A stretch of 64,000 bases of DNA from Bacillota bacterium (GTDB lineage: Bacteria; Bacillota; UBA994; UBA5500): assembly GCA_050949055.1 (NCBI GenBank), contig JBMNFA010000007.1, forward strand, positions 64,749 to 128,748, written 5' to 3'. Below, in pieces: positions 1 through 10,340 of the stretch; position 1 is the stretch's first letter; the number at the start of each line of letters is the position of its first letter. The position numbers and the translations under genes are program-made. The notes under the pieces were generated by a model. It saw nothing but the letters and a program-made list of their open reading frames with translations, did no database searches and had not been told where the DNA came from.

Positions 1-830
1 TAGAGCAGCCTTCGGAGCACCCGCTGGGCCAAGCCATTGTACGGGCGGCGAAGGGGCGGCAGCTGGAACTGCAGTCGCCCGTCGGTTTTCGGGCCTTCCC
101 CGGCCACGGCATCGCGGCGGAAGTGAATGGACAGTCGGTTCTGGTGGGCAATCGCCAGCTGATGCAGACCACTGGCATAGATGTCGCGGCATATCAGGAG
201 CGGATGGAAGCGCTGGAGGAGCAGGGCAAGACGGCCATGTTGGTGGCGGTGGCAGGGCAGCCAGCCGGCATCGTGGCGGTAGCCGATACCATCAAGGAGA
301 CCTCTGCGCAGGCCATCTCGGACTTGCAGCGCCTGGGCTTGGGAGTGTATATGATTACCGGTGACAACTGGCGGACCGCAAAGGCGATTGCCCGCTTGGT
401 GGGCATCGACGAGCAGCATGTGCTGGCGGAAGTTTTGCCCGAGAACAAGGCGGCCGAAGTGCAGCGACTGAAGGATCAGGGGCGCAAGGTGGGAATGGTG
501 GGCGACGGCATCAACGATGCCCCAGCCTTGGCCACCGCCGATGTGGGCATGGCCATCGGCACTGGTACGGACGTGGCCATGGAGGCCGCCGATATCACGC
601 TGATGCGCGGCGACCTGCGCTCCATTGTGCAGGCCATCCGCCTCAGCCGTGCTACCATGCGCAACATCAAGCAAAACCTGTTTTGGGCCTTCTTCTACAA
701 CACCGTCGGGATTCCCATCGCTGCGCTCGGCTTCCTCAACCCGATCATTGCCGGCGCGGCCATGGCCTTCAGTTCGGTCAGCGTGGTCACCAACGCCTTG
801 CGTTTGCGGCGGGTGGATGTCAGCAATTGA
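1..830 (+). CDS. copA: Copper-translocating P-type ATPase, C-terminal part (gene starts upstream of window; reading frame runs from position 3)
   Basis: The translation gives [10 protein letters not shown]...[11 protein letters not shown] (hinge motif) and a C-terminal transmembrane tail, as in CopA/HMA P1B ATPases. There is no start codon inside the window for the upstream part. Confidence 0.85.
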   Translation, partial: EQPSEHPLGQAIVRAAKGRQLELQSPVGFRAFPGHGIAAEVNGQSVLVGNRQLMQTTGIDVAAYQERMEALEEQGKTAMLVAVAGQPAGIVAVADTIKETSAQAISDLQRLGLGVYMITGDNWRTAKAIARLVGIDEQHVLAEVLPENKAAEVQRLKDQGRKVGMVGDGINDAPALATADVGMAIGTGTDVAMEAADITLMRGDLRSIVQAIRLSRATMRNIKQNLFWAFFYNTVGIPIAALGFLNPIIAGAAMAFSSVSVVTNALRLRRVDVSN

Positions 831-987
831 CACGCGGGGACAGTCACCTCGTGTCAACAGGAGAAACCGCTGGCTAGATAGAAGTAGGGTAGCAGGAGAC
901 CCATGCTGCCCTATTTTCTTTGCCTGAGCATATAGGCTGAGCAGATGACCCAGACTAGATGCGTGACGCACCGATTATGGGAGGGGA

Positions 988-2379
988 GTGGCGTTGAAAA
1001 CGAAATATGACGTTGCCTTGATTGGCGCTGGTCCGGCAGCGATCTATGCGGCCTATGAACTGCTACAGCAGGCTCCAGATCTGGAGATAGTCATGGTGGA
1101 AGCTGGTCACGACATCTACCGCCGCAAATGTCCCATTGCCGAACGCAAGGTACGGAGCTGCATCGGCTGCAACCCCTGCGCCATCATGCGCGGATTTGGC
1201 GGGGCCGGTGCTTTTTCCGACGGTAAATATAACTTGACCAGTCAGTTCGGGGGCTGGCTGAATGACTATATGTCTGACGAGCAGGTGATGGAGTTGATTG
1301 ACTACGTCGATCAAATCAACCTGCAGTTTGGCGCGCCTGATAAAGTCTATAGCTCCCACAGTACCGCCCTCAGCCGCCTGGCCTTGGCCTACGATCTGCA
1401 TCTGCTGCAGGCGAAAGTGCGGCATCTGGGAACTGAAAACAACCTGCAGATCATGAAGGCGCTGTACGACCAGCTGCGCGAGCAGATGACGATGATTTTC
1501 GATTGCCGAGTACAGAGCATTCATCAGCTGGAGCATGGCTATCGGTTGGAGTTGGAAGGCAATGATGGTATTGAGCAAGTAGATGCCACCTACCTGATCG
1601 CCGCCCCGGGGCGGGCCGGCTCAGAGTGGTTTGCCCAACAGTGCCGCGCACTGGGGCTGCAATTGTTCAACAACCAGGTGGACGTGGGCGTGCGGGTGGA
1701 GCTGCCGGCGGAGGTGTTCCAGCAGATCACCGATGAGGTCTACGAAGCCAAATTGGTCTACCGCACCAAGCAGTATGGCGATTTGGTGCGCACCTTCTGC
1801 ATGAATCCAAACGGGTATGTGGTGGCCGAAAACAACGATGGCATCATCACCGTCAACGGCCACTCTTATCGGGATGAGAAGCTGCACAGTCAGAATACCA
1901 ACTTTGCTCTGTTGGTCAGCAACCGCTTCACCCATCCCTTTAACGAACCGCACCAATATGGCAAGCGCATCGCTTCCTTCTCCAACTTGTTGGGGGGTGG
2001 GGCCCTGGTGCAGCGCTACGGCGACCTGATCAAAGGGCGGCGCACCAACGAGCATCGCCTGGCGCAGAGTTTCGTGCGGCCGACGCTGCAAGCCACTCCG
2101 GGGGACCTCAGCTTGGTGTTGCCCAAACGACATTTGGACAACATCATCGAGATGATCCAGGCTCTGGACAACATTGCGCCGGGGACAGCCAACCACGACA
2201 CCCTGCTCTACGGGGTGGAGGTCAAATTCTACAGTTCGCGGCTAGAGCTATCCAATGAGCTGGAAACCAAGCTTCCCAACCTGTTCGCCATCGGCGATGG
2301 TGCCGGCGTCACCCGCGGCCTATCGCAGGCTAGTGCCAGCGGCGTGCACGTAGCCCGCGTGATCGCCGGGCGACTGTAG
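988..2379 (+). CDS. FAD-dependent oxidoreductase (COG2509-like NAD(P)/FAD dehydrogenase)
   Basis: N-terminal Rossmann motif VALIGAGPAAIYAA and a conserved C-terminal GDGAG motif. Length 463 aa. Confidence 0.7.
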   Translation: MALKTKYDVALIGAGPAAIYAAYELLQQAPDLEIVMVEAGHDIYRRKCPIAERKVRSCIGCNPCAIMRGFGGAGAFSDGKYNLTSQFGGWLNDYMSDEQVMELIDYVDQINLQFGAPDKVYSSHSTALSRLALAYDLHLLQAKVRHLGTENNLQIMKALYDQLREQMTMIFDCRVQSIHQLEHGYRLELEGNDGIEQVDATYLIAAPGRAGSEWFAQQCRALGLQLFNNQVDVGVRVELPAEVFQQITDEVYEAKLVYRTKQYGDLVRTFCMNPNGYVVAENNDGIITVNGHSYRDEKLHSQNTNFALLVSNRFTHPFNEPHQYGKRIASFSNLLGGGALVQRYGDLIKGRRTNEHRLAQSFVRPTLQATPGDLSLVLPKRHLDNIIEMIQALDNIAPGTANHDTLLYGVEVKFYSSRLELSNELETKLPNLFAIGDGAGVTRGLSQASASGVHVARVIAGRL

Positions 2380-2611
2380 CGAGACAGAAGGGATGGTTCT
2401 GTAATCCATGCCGGGTGGTCAATCTGTCCCGGGATCTGGTTCTTTTTCTACCTGACAAGAAGCAAGAAGCACCAGCTGTGGCTATGAGCAGTCAGAGGCT
2501 GCCCCTTTCGCTTCGCGGCAACGCGCGAGTGTGGAGGGAGCAGCCTCTTTCTTGTTGTCCTGAGGAAGGATTAAGCCTCTCTCGCCAGTGTCTTGCGTGC
2601 CCCTCCTTTGC

Positions 2612-3643
2612 TCAATCCGGCCTGCCGTCCTCAAACAACGTCACCTGCGGCGGCTTGCCCTGCCAGGTGCCGATCACTCGCGTGTTGTGCAGCAGGATGG
2701 GATAGACGCGGGCGGCGGACCGGAACACGCAGGGCACGTGAGTGTCGCTGAGGAAGCGGCGCTTATCCTTGTAAGCCAGGAGCAGCACGTCAAAGGCAGG
2801 CAGATAGTGCTGCAGATCTTGCCTTGGTCCGGGGGAATCCAGCAACTCAGGCAACTGCTCAGCCAACAGGTATGCTTCATCAGATTGTTCTTCTAGGCGC
2901 ACAGTGGCCAACTGCGGCTGGATCTCCTTTAGTAGCTGCCGCACCACAGGCACACGAAAACCCGACCAGTAGACCACGTCAGCCAGCGTCACCGGACCGT
3001 AGCGAGCGATGAACCGACCGATCAGTCGCCTCTTGGCTGGCCAGGCAGAGTCTTGGGGCAGCGGCTGGTACCATGACGAGAAATAGACTGCACGGTTGCC
3101 CTTTTGTGGCCCGCGCACACAGTCACCTAAATAGCATAAGTCTTTCAGCAGATGGGGAAGCAAGCTATCATATGGTCTTTCTAGCCCAGCTCGTACACTA
3201 ATCTCCACATGCGTCAGTGGCTGCTCACCCAGTACATCCCGGATGCGCGGGTAGATGCGCTGTCGTACCTCGGCTAGGGGTATGGGCAGGCGTCGCTCCA
3301 GATAACGCCCCCAGCGCTGTGACCACTCTGCTTCCGTCGCGGCCTGATGATCCGGTGCGTCCGCAGCTAACACCAAATGCATGGTGCCGCGTACCGTCCA
3401 CATCCTGAGCAGCGGTCCTCCAGGTTGCACTAAACTATCCAGCTGTTCCTCGCCAACGGTGCGTGCAGCCACTGCTTGTTTGGCGGCAGCATAGTCCTGT
3501 GCTTGCACAGCCACCAGTGAGCGCACAGTCTCCTCTGCACTGCTAAACGGTTGCACCAGGCCCAGTTGGCGCAAGTTCCACCAGGCTGCCTGTGTGAGAG
3601 TAAGTGTTTGCATTGGCGAAGCCCCCCATATTACAGCGATCAA
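2612..3643 (-). CDS. Winged-helix DNA-binding domain protein, YcaQ/AlkZ-like (DUF1006) putative DNA glycosylase
   Basis: 343 aa. I recognise the family only weakly from overall composition and size; no defining motif was verified. Confidence 0.4.
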   Translation of the reverse strand: MIAVIWGASPMQTLTLTQAAWWNLRQLGLVQPFSSAEETVRSLVAVQAQDYAAAKQAVAARTVGEEQLDSLVQPGGPLLRMWTVRGTMHLVLAADAPDHQAATEAEWSQRWGRYLERRLPIPLAEVRQRIYPRIRDVLGEQPLTHVEISVRAGLERPYDSLLPHLLKDLCYLGDCVRGPQKGNRAVYFSSWYQPLPQDSAWPAKRRLIGRFIARYGPVTLADVVYWSGFRVPVVRQLLKEIQPQLATVRLEEQSDEAYLLAEQLPELLDSPGPRQDLQHYLPAFDVLLLAYKDKRRFLSDTHVPCVFRSAARVYPILLHNTRVIGTWQGKPPQVTLFEDGRPD

Positions 3644-3670
3644 TGTGGCAACCAGCGCGCAGTACCTTCC

Positions 3671-4208
3671 TTAGTACACCCCTGGCAGTCGCTTTTGATA
3701 GAATACATCGCGGCTCATCCATAGGAACCTGATCCCGATGCGGCTGTAGGGATTGGTGGCCGTGCTCGCTCCCGCCTCGCCGTGGTACGTTTGCTGCCGC
3801 TCCACCTTGAGCAGGATGCTCAACAGGGATCCATCCAGGCTGGCGTGGTTCTGCATCCTGCCCTCACCCAGAGATAACAGGATTACCCCTTGGTTCTTCA
3901 GGCTGGCTTCCCCCGTCGCTGTGTCCACCGTGCCGATGCCGGTGTAACGGTCTGGGACCCAGGCCTCCACCGCTGTGTAGTAGTCGTCGTGATATTCCAC
4001 ATCCCGGACGATGACGAATCTTGCCCAGAATGATCTGGCACCGTTCAATGTCAGATGACAATAGGCCGATTGCATGTCCGACCAGGGAACGATCCCTGGA
4101 CCGCCATGGACATACAAGCTGTCCAGGAAGGCCTGCGCCGAGTTGGCTACGGTCGATATCGCTGCTACACAGACCAGCACACATGTGAGCACTAGCAGGA
4201 ATTTTCTT
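3671..4208 (-). CDS. Hypothetical secreted protein (signal peptide KFLLVLTCVLVCVAAISTVANSAQA); start codon uncertain
   Basis: The long ORF overlaps the upstream CPBP gene. A plausible start lies after the GGAGGG RBS near 4215. The N-terminus has a hydrophobic h-region with an AXA cleavage site. Confidence 0.3.
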
Positions 4209-4227
4209 TGCAGAGTGATCCCTCCCT

Positions 4228-4977
4228 CTAAGCTCCGGCCAGCGCAAGAGCCAGTACAACACTGATCAAATTGTGGGTGGCATGGGCGATCATGCCAGGG
4301 GCCAAAGACCCGGTGCGTTCGTAAAGGGCACCAAACAGCAATCCCGTGACGAAAAAGCTGATCAAGCCCAACCCATTGAAGTGCAGCACGGCAAACAGCA
4401 GAGAGCTGATGATCAGTCCCTTCTTGACGCCTACCTGCCGTCGCAACCATCCATAAAGCATGCCACGGGTAAACAGCTCTTCCATTAGCGGGGCCAGTAA
4501 CACCGCCGTGATGGCAAACAGCAGCCAGTCGATGCCTAGTCCGGCATTCGCCAAAGGGTTGTTGCTTTCTACTTGTGACAAATCAGTTCTAAGCAACATA
4601 GCTGCCAGCAGCGCTGTGGCCATTCTGATCACCACGCCAGCAAGATGCGTGCCCACCCCCCAGATGACTCCTTGCCGCCAGTGCCGCTTGAAGTCTTGTC
4701 GCCTCAGTTGCCAATAGGCGGCGTCCGGCCAAAAGCGATGATTGGAGTGGGTGCAAAACAGCGCGGCCAACACCAGAGCCTCTCCCACGGTCCGCAGCGA
4801 TGCACTGTCGTCCCTCCAGCGCACCCCGATGCTCAACAACAAGATCGCCGCGGTAATGCTGTATCCAAAGTAAGCGCCAACCAAGCGCCACAAGTCTGCA
4901 CCTCTCCAGTGTACCTCTCGTTGATCCAGGGGACCTGGCTGGGAAAATAGCACGATTTCCTTCCCCAGTATCCTCAT
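4228..4977 (-). CDS. CPBP family intramembrane metalloprotease (CAAX protease / Abi family)
   Basis: It is a multi-pass membrane protein carrying the EELFTRG (EExxxR) motif, the FAVLHF (FxxxH) motif and the HATHN (HxxxN) motif. Confidence 0.7.
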   Translation of the reverse strand: MRILGKEIVLFSQPGPLDQREVHWRGADLWRLVGAYFGYSITAAILLLSIGVRWRDDSASLRTVGEALVLAALFCTHSNHRFWPDAAYWQLRRQDFKRHWRQGVIWGVGTHLAGVVIRMATALLAAMLLRTDLSQVESNNPLANAGLGIDWLLFAITAVLLAPLMEELFTRGMLYGWLRRQVGVKKGLIISSLLFAVLHFNGLGLISFFVTGLLFGALYERTGSLAPGMIAHATHNLISVVLALALAGA

Positions 4978-5260
4978 CGTTGCACCTCTCTTTCTCTAAC
5001 AGCATCTCGTGAAGGATCATTCCAAACGAAGAGATGGGATGCCGTTCGAGCTAGGTCCTTTGACAAAGTCCTTTTCTCTACTCACCCAACTGCTTCCTGC
5101 CTGGCGCATTCGCTTACCTTTCATCTGATTTGTCACTTACCTAATCATACGCTAGACAGCTGTCATCAGTTGCAGCGAAGTCCCAGCGTCCCACGCAGGT
5201 AAGCCCCTGCCAGGTGGCGAATCGAATATAGGATCGCAACTTTGCAGAGGAGGGCAGTGA

Positions 5261-6385
5261 ATGCTCACTTGTTTACATATATCAGACCTACATCTGGGCT
5301 GGACCGCGGGTTTCCTGGCGGACAAAGCCGAACAGTTCAGCCGTCAGCGCGATGGGCTGCTGCGCCGCATCTGCCAATGGGTTAACCAGACTGACGAGCA
5401 AATTGATCTGGTGCTGATTGTGGGAGACCTCTTCGACAGCCACCGACCTGACCCGGCTTTGGTGGAAGCGGTGATGGCCGACCTGCGCTCCCTGACTGCA
5501 GCTGGCAGGACAGTGGTCACCGTTCCCGGCAACCACGATGAGATCACCTATCACGATTCGGTCTACCGCCGCTTTCAGGACCGCTGGCCGGGCTACTTGG
5601 TCACAAACCCCATGCCCCAGCCTCCGCTGCAACTGACTGTTGCCGCAGAAACAGTCTATGTCTACAGCGTCGCCTACACCGGCGGACTGACCAAAGCGAC
5701 TGATTATCTTCAGCCCTATCCCAGGGTGGCAGCCGAAGGGATACATATCGGTGCTTTCCACGGCTCCCTGGATTGGGCAGCCGGGGAGAGGGGGCTGCCG
5801 CTTAAGAGCGATGCCCTCGCCGCTGCCGGCTACGACTACGTCGCCCTGGGCCATTTTCACCAGCCCAGCCGGCTGCTGAAAGGCAGGACTACCATGGTCT
5901 ATTCCGGGATGATCGAGAGCAAAGGCTTTAGCGACATCGGTTGCGGGCAGTTGGCCCTGGTGGACTTAGGCCAGTCGCAGGCCACTGTGCGGTCGCTGCC
6001 CTGGGCGGTGCCCCTGAGCCGGGTGGAGCAGGTGGACGTCAGCCTCTGTGACAGTCAGGAGCAGTTGGATCAGTTGATTCAATCCTGGGCGGATGACCAG
6101 CTGCTGCTACGGGTGGAGCTGGTCGGCACCGCCGAATGGCTGCTGTATGGGGAGCAGCTTTGGGGCAGACATCAGGGGCAGTTTTATCATCTGGAGATCG
6201 TGGATGACAGCCTGTACTTAGGGGAAGGTCTGCTGGCCAGCTGGGCCGATGAGGCGACGGTGAGAGGTCAATATGTGCGTCAGTTGCTGGCAGAGCTTGA
6301 CCAGGCCAGGGACCAACGCTCACGGCAGGTGATACAGCTGGCACTGCGGCGCGGCATCGCCGCTTTCGCGGCAAGGGGTGAGTGA
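5261..6385 (+). CDS. Metallophosphoesterase, SbcD/Mre11-like DNA repair exonuclease (YhaO-like)
   Basis: The calcineurin-like motifs LHISDLHLG, GDLFD, GNHD and GHFH are all present. Length 374 aa. Confidence 0.7.
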   Translation: MLTCLHISDLHLGWTAGFLADKAEQFSRQRDGLLRRICQWVNQTDEQIDLVLIVGDLFDSHRPDPALVEAVMADLRSLTAAGRTVVTVPGNHDEITYHDSVYRRFQDRWPGYLVTNPMPQPPLQLTVAAETVYVYSVAYTGGLTKATDYLQPYPRVAAEGIHIGAFHGSLDWAAGERGLPLKSDALAAAGYDYVALGHFHQPSRLLKGRTTMVYSGMIESKGFSDIGCGQLALVDLGQSQATVRSLPWAVPLSRVEQVDVSLCDSQEQLDQLIQSWADDQLLLRVELVGTAEWLLYGEQLWGRHQGQFYHLEIVDDSLYLGEGLLASWADEATVRGQYVRQLLAELDQARDQRSRQVIQLALRRGIAAFAARGE

Positions 6386-6386
6386 T

Positions 6387-8741
6387 ATGGGCCAAGTCAG
6401 TTGGGATCGGTTGACCCTGGATGGTTTCGGGCGCTACCAGCGAGCGATCAGCATCGATTTCGCCCCCGGCCTGACGGTACTGGTAGGGCCAAACGAGAGT
6501 GGCAAGACCACGCTGATTGCCGGTCTGACGGCGGTGTTGTTCGGACTGCCGGTGAATCAAGACCCCGCTCAGTTCGGGCAGACCCGTTGGCGGAACTGGC
6601 AGCAGCCAACCGCTTTTCAAGGGGAGCTCCACTTTACCGCCCACTCACAGCAGTGGCATCTGGTACGAGACTTTTCCACTAACCGCATCAGCCTGAAGCA
6701 GCGACTCGGCGATAGCTGGCGAGAGGTGGCGCAGGGGGTGGACAACCCTGGCGCTCGCCGCCCGCTGCAACGCTACCATCAGCAACTGCGCAGTCTGATC
6801 GGAATCGAGCGGCGGGAGTTGTTCCAGTCCACTTTCTGCCTGACCCAGCCGCTGCCCACCCCCAACAATTTGGAGGAGGCGGTGCAGGTGTTGCTTTCCG
6901 GCACCGATCGGCGGGTGGAGCAGGTGCAGGTGATTCTAGATCAACAGGTGCGAGCGATCACCCGCTATTACGGGCGGGAACTGGGCCTGACCAGGGATGG
7001 CAACAAGAATCGGCAGTTGGAGGAGCTGCAGTTGCAGATCGAACAGCTGCGGCAACGGATTGCTGATGGCCGCCAGACAGCTGATGGGTTGCAGCTGGTG
7101 CAGGCCGATTTAAGGCGGGCAGAGAAGCAACAGGCAGAGCTGAAAGAGCAGCTAAGGTTAACAGAACGCTCCCACCAAGCCTGGGGGACTTGGCGCTCTT
7201 ACCAGGAAAGATATCGCCAACAGCTAGCAGAACAGCAGCGCTTAGCCACTGCAGTAGAGACGGCTGGCGAGCTATCCAAGCAGCTGCAGCAGTTTGAAGG
7301 CGGCGGTCTGGAACAGGCCGAGCCGGAACAGGTTGCCCTGCTGATGGATTACGAGCGAAAGCAAAGGGCGTTTGAGCTGCGGCAGACGCAGGCAGAACAG
7401 GCCCATCAGGCTTTGGTAGAGCGGGAGCAAACCTATCAGCGGGCCAAGTGCGAGTGGCAACAACGGTTTGGCCCGTTGCAGCAGGATCCGGCGAATCTAC
7501 TCTGGGCTATCGACCAGCATTTGGCCGGTCGGCGTAGCCGAGGGCCGCGGCAGCGTGCTGGCTCGTCATCAGCGCAAGTTATCCCTTGGCTGCTGGCAGC
7601 CGGTGCGGCGCTTGCCACTTTTGGTGTTTGGGGCAAAGATGCTGGAAGTTTGGGTTTCTGGGGCAGCTTGTTGGCAGCTGTGCTGGCTTGGGGGTTGGGC
7701 TATGCCGCCACCAAGTCAGCCGGGAGCCGGGAGCAGCAGCCAGGAACTCTTAGTCAGCTGGGTAAGCTAGGCGAGTTGCCACTGCCTGACTTGTTGCACG
7801 CCCGTGCCGCCCTGGAGCGCCTGATGGCGGTCCAAGCGGCACGGCCGGCAGAAGCCGAGTTGAGGGCATCCCAAGCGGAACTGCGGCAGGCGCAGCTGCA
7901 GCTAGACTATCTGAGACAGGCGCGCGATAGCTGCCGTCAGGCTTTGCAGCAGCTGCTGTCCTTGTTTGGTGTCAGTACAGTTGCCGAGCTGCAGACCAAA
8001 GCGCTGCATCTGCAAAACAGCATCGCAGCCACCCAAATCAGGTGGCAGGAGTTGATCGAAAGCCATCCCGGGCTGCCCGCGATGGAGATGGGGGACCAGC
8101 AGAGGATCGATGAGCTGTATGCAGCCAGCGAGCAGCGCATAGCCGCCCTGCGTCGTGCGGAGGAAGAGGCCCGCCAACGGGTGGAGCAGCTATTGCGTCA
8201 GCAAGCCGCTCTGGAAGGGCGGCAACCGCTAAATATCGCCCAGGCAGAAGAGCAATTGCAGCTGTTGCTTGCCCGGCGCGATCAATTGCAGTTGGAGGTG
8301 GAGGCGCTGGGCTTGGCATACCGGCAATTGGCAGCAGCCAAGGAGAGCTATCAGTTGACCTACCGGGAAAGGCTGCAAACACAGGTGAGCGCCTATATGC
8401 AAGGGATCACCAGGCAGGAGGATCGGCAGGTGGAGCTGAGCCCGGATTTCCAGGTGACCGTGTTCGACGGTACCGGCCAAGCCATCGTGCCGGCCCAGCT
8501 CAGCCAGGGAGTCAGGGATCAGCTCTACTTCGCCCTGCGGTTGGGCATCGCTGACCTGTTGGCAGACCAATCCCGGCTACCGCTAATCCTGGATGACCCC
8601 TTTGTGAACAGCGACGCCGAGCGGCTGCAGCGTATCCGGCAGATACTGGTTGCTGCCGCTAGGCAGCGGCAGATCCTGCTGTTTACGCACCAGCAGCAGC
8701 TGGCAGACTGGGGCGATGTGTCCTATCGTCTGCCGTTCTGA
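6387..8741 (+). CDS. AAA/ABC-type ATPase with long coiled coil, SbcC/Rad50-like (YhaN-like); two predicted TM helices mid-protein
   Basis: Walker A GPNESGKTT lies at the N-terminus and Walker B/D-loop LILDDPFVNSD at the C-terminus. The middle is Q/E/L/R-rich coiled coil, with a hydrophobic segment VIPWLLAAGAALATFGVW...LLAAVLAWGLGYAA. The start overlaps the yhaO-like stop. Confidence 0.65.
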   Translation: MGQVSWDRLTLDGFGRYQRAISIDFAPGLTVLVGPNESGKTTLIAGLTAVLFGLPVNQDPAQFGQTRWRNWQQPTAFQGELHFTAHSQQWHLVRDFSTNRISLKQRLGDSWREVAQGVDNPGARRPLQRYHQQLRSLIGIERRELFQSTFCLTQPLPTPNNLEEAVQVLLSGTDRRVEQVQVILDQQVRAITRYYGRELGLTRDGNKNRQLEELQLQIEQLRQRIADGRQTADGLQLVQADLRRAEKQQAELKEQLRLTERSHQAWGTWRSYQERYRQQLAEQQRLATAVETAGELSKQLQQFEGGGLEQAEPEQVALLMDYERKQRAFELRQTQAEQAHQALVEREQTYQRAKCEWQQRFGPLQQDPANLLWAIDQHLAGRRSRGPRQRAGSSSAQVIPWLLAAGAALATFGVWGKDAGSLGFWGSLLAAVLAWGLGYAATKSAGSREQQPGTLSQLGKLGELPLPDLLHARAALERLMAVQAARPAEAELRASQAELRQAQLQLDYLRQARDSCRQALQQLLSLFGVSTVAELQTKALHLQNSIAATQIRWQELIESHPGLPAMEMGDQQRIDELYAASEQRIAALRRAEEEARQRVEQLLRQQAALEGRQPLNIAQAEEQLQLLLARRDQLQLEVEALGLAYRQLAAAKESYQLTYRERLQTQVSAYMQGITRQEDRQVELSPDFQVTVFDGTGQAIVPAQLSQGVRDQLYFALRLGIADLLADQSRLPLILDDPFVNSDAERLQRIRQILVAAARQRQILLFTHQQQLADWGDVSYRLPF

Positions 8742-8783
8742 GTGCCCATCGCCCCATTCAGTGTGCTTTTCTGGCCATAATAG

Positions 8784-8826
8784 TTTGAGCGCAGCAAAGG
8801 CTTTTCGTTCCTTCGCTGCGCTCAAA
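8784..8826. terminator. Large hairpin (17-bp stem) between convergent yhaN-like and cysteine desulfurase genes; putative bidirectional terminator
   Basis: TTTGAGCGCAGCAAAGG..CCTTCGCTGCGCTCAAA inverted repeat. Confidence 0.45.
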
Positions 8827-8897
8827 TTGATCGAAAATGGGCTCAGCACAACCCGGAACTGGGGGGGGCAGCGCCCGTTCCGCGCGGCTGCTCATGC

Positions 8898-10040
8898 CTA
8901 CCGGGCACTCAGTTCCGCCAGCGCCCTAATCGCCCAGTCGACATCTTCTGCCGTGTTGCTGTATCCGACGCTTAACCGCACCGTGCCGGCTGGAAAAGTG
9001 CCGATGGCCTGATGGGCCAGCGGAGCGCAGTGCAGGCCCGGCCGACTGATGATGCCGTAATCATCTTCCAGCGCTACCGACAGGTCTGCAGCATCCCAGC
9101 CAGCCAGGTTGACGGAGACCACTCCGACGCCCTGCTGACCGCCGGGCCCGTAGACCGTGACGCCCGGAATCTGCTGCAGGCCCGCGCGCAGGCGCTCCGT
9201 TAACCCCAGCTCATGCTTGCTCACCTGTTTCAGCCCTTGCCGCAGCAACCATTCCACCCCGGCGGCCAGGCCGGCCAAGCCAGGGGTGTTCGGGGTGCCT
9301 GCTTCCAGCCGATCGGGCATGAACTCAGGGTGCCATACCTGATGGGACGCGCTGCCGGTACCGCCCACCCGCCAAAAGGCCAACTCCACGTCTGGGCGCA
9401 CATAGAGCAGGCCCGTGCCTTGCGGGCCAAACAAACACTTGTGTCCGGGAGCGGCCAGGCAGGCCGGTCGCAACGCCTGCACGTCGATGGGCATGGCCCC
9501 CAGGGTCTGGGATGCGTCCAGCAGCAACTTGATGCCGTGCGACTGGCAGAGATCGCTGACAGCCTGCACGTCCAGCAGAGCGCCGGTGACGTTAGAGGCG
9601 TGGCTGACAGCAATCATCGCCGTGTTGTTCCGGATCGCCTGCTCAAACTGCTCCACCCGCACGGTCAAGCCGTCGGGTGCTTCCAACACGGTCAACTCGA
9701 TGCTGCTTTGTTTGGCCAAATGCGAGAGGGGACGCAGGACCGAGTTATGGTCAAAACAGGTGGTGATCACATGATCGCCCGGCCTCACCAGGCCGTTGAT
9801 GGCCATGTTCAAGGCGTCGGTCGCATTCAGGGTAAAGGCGACACTGGCTGAGCTCGGCGCATTGAGCAACTGGCTGACCAGATGACGGGCCTGGCTGACC
9901 AAGCGGGCGGCATGCAGGGACAGGCGATGGCCGGAGCGGCCAGGGTTGCCACCGTGTTCTAAGGCGTCCAGCACTGCCCGCTTGACCTCTTCCGGCTTCG
10001 GCCAGGAGGTGGCCGCGTGATCCAGGTAGACTATAGACAC
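8898..10040 (-). CDS. Class V aminotransferase-fold PLP enzyme: cysteine desulfurase / selenocysteine lyase family
   Basis: The PLP-lysine motif APGHKCLFGPQGTG and the active-site Cys loop GLHCAP are both present. Length 380 aa. It is the last gene of the yedE-yedF-DUF3343 operon. Confidence 0.75.
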   Translation of the reverse strand: MSIVYLDHAATSWPKPEEVKRAVLDALEHGGNPGRSGHRLSLHAARLVSQARHLVSQLLNAPSSASVAFTLNATDALNMAINGLVRPGDHVITTCFDHNSVLRPLSHLAKQSSIELTVLEAPDGLTVRVEQFEQAIRNNTAMIAVSHASNVTGALLDVQAVSDLCQSHGIKLLLDASQTLGAMPIDVQALRPACLAAPGHKCLFGPQGTGLLYVRPDVELAFWRVGGTGSASHQVWHPEFMPDRLEAGTPNTPGLAGLAAGVEWLLRQGLKQVSKHELGLTERLRAGLQQIPGVTVYGPGGQQGVGVVSVNLAGWDAADLSVALEDDYGIISRPGLHCAPLAHQAIGTFPAGTVRLSVGYSNTAEDVDWAIRALAELSAR

Positions 10041-10112
10041 TCAAATTCCCTCCCAGGAACGCAGAATCAGCCTGCAGAACGCCGGCCCTGCCAGTAGGGC
10101 CGGCGCTGCCGA

Positions 10113-10337
10113 CTACAGCGGGCCGTAAATCTCCTCATGCTCTAGGTGGCAGCTTGCCAAGGCATCCAACACCGATTGAGAATTCTCTGCCACCACCTCG
10201 GCGCAGATGCCGCAGGAAGAGCTGAACTGTCGTGGAACCGGACGCAAGCGGCAAGAAAACCCGGCAGCCGTCAACTCGCGCTCGGCTTCCATCGCCCAGT
10301 AGACGGAGTGAAAGGTGACCACATACTTGTGTTGCAT
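10113..10337 (-). CDS. DUF3343 family small protein (putative Se/S carrier, commonly next to yedE/yedF)
   Basis: 74 aa, fitting the VTFHS...FSCRL.PVPRQFSSSCG pattern of DUF3343. Confidence 0.6.
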   Translation of the reverse strand: MQHKYVVTFHSVYWAMEAERELTAAGFSCRLRPVPRQFSSSCGICAEVVAENSQSVLDALASCHLEHEEIYGPL

Positions 10338-10340
10338 CTG

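Noticed and set aside
3864-4262. Alternative-frame ORF (MLYWLLRWPELRGRDHS...) overlapping the secreted-protein gene
   Set aside because: It is out of frame with the signal-peptide-containing reading frame and has Arg/Ser-rich composition with no plausible start context.
5261-8741. Calling the SbcD-like/ABC-ATPase pair a novel anti-phage system (Lamassu/Wadjet-like)
   Set aside because: Motif content and gene order best fit the conserved Firmicutes yhaO-yhaN DNA-repair pair. No additional effector gene is associated. I kept it as a low-interest finding only because of the TM segments and the CPBP neighbour.
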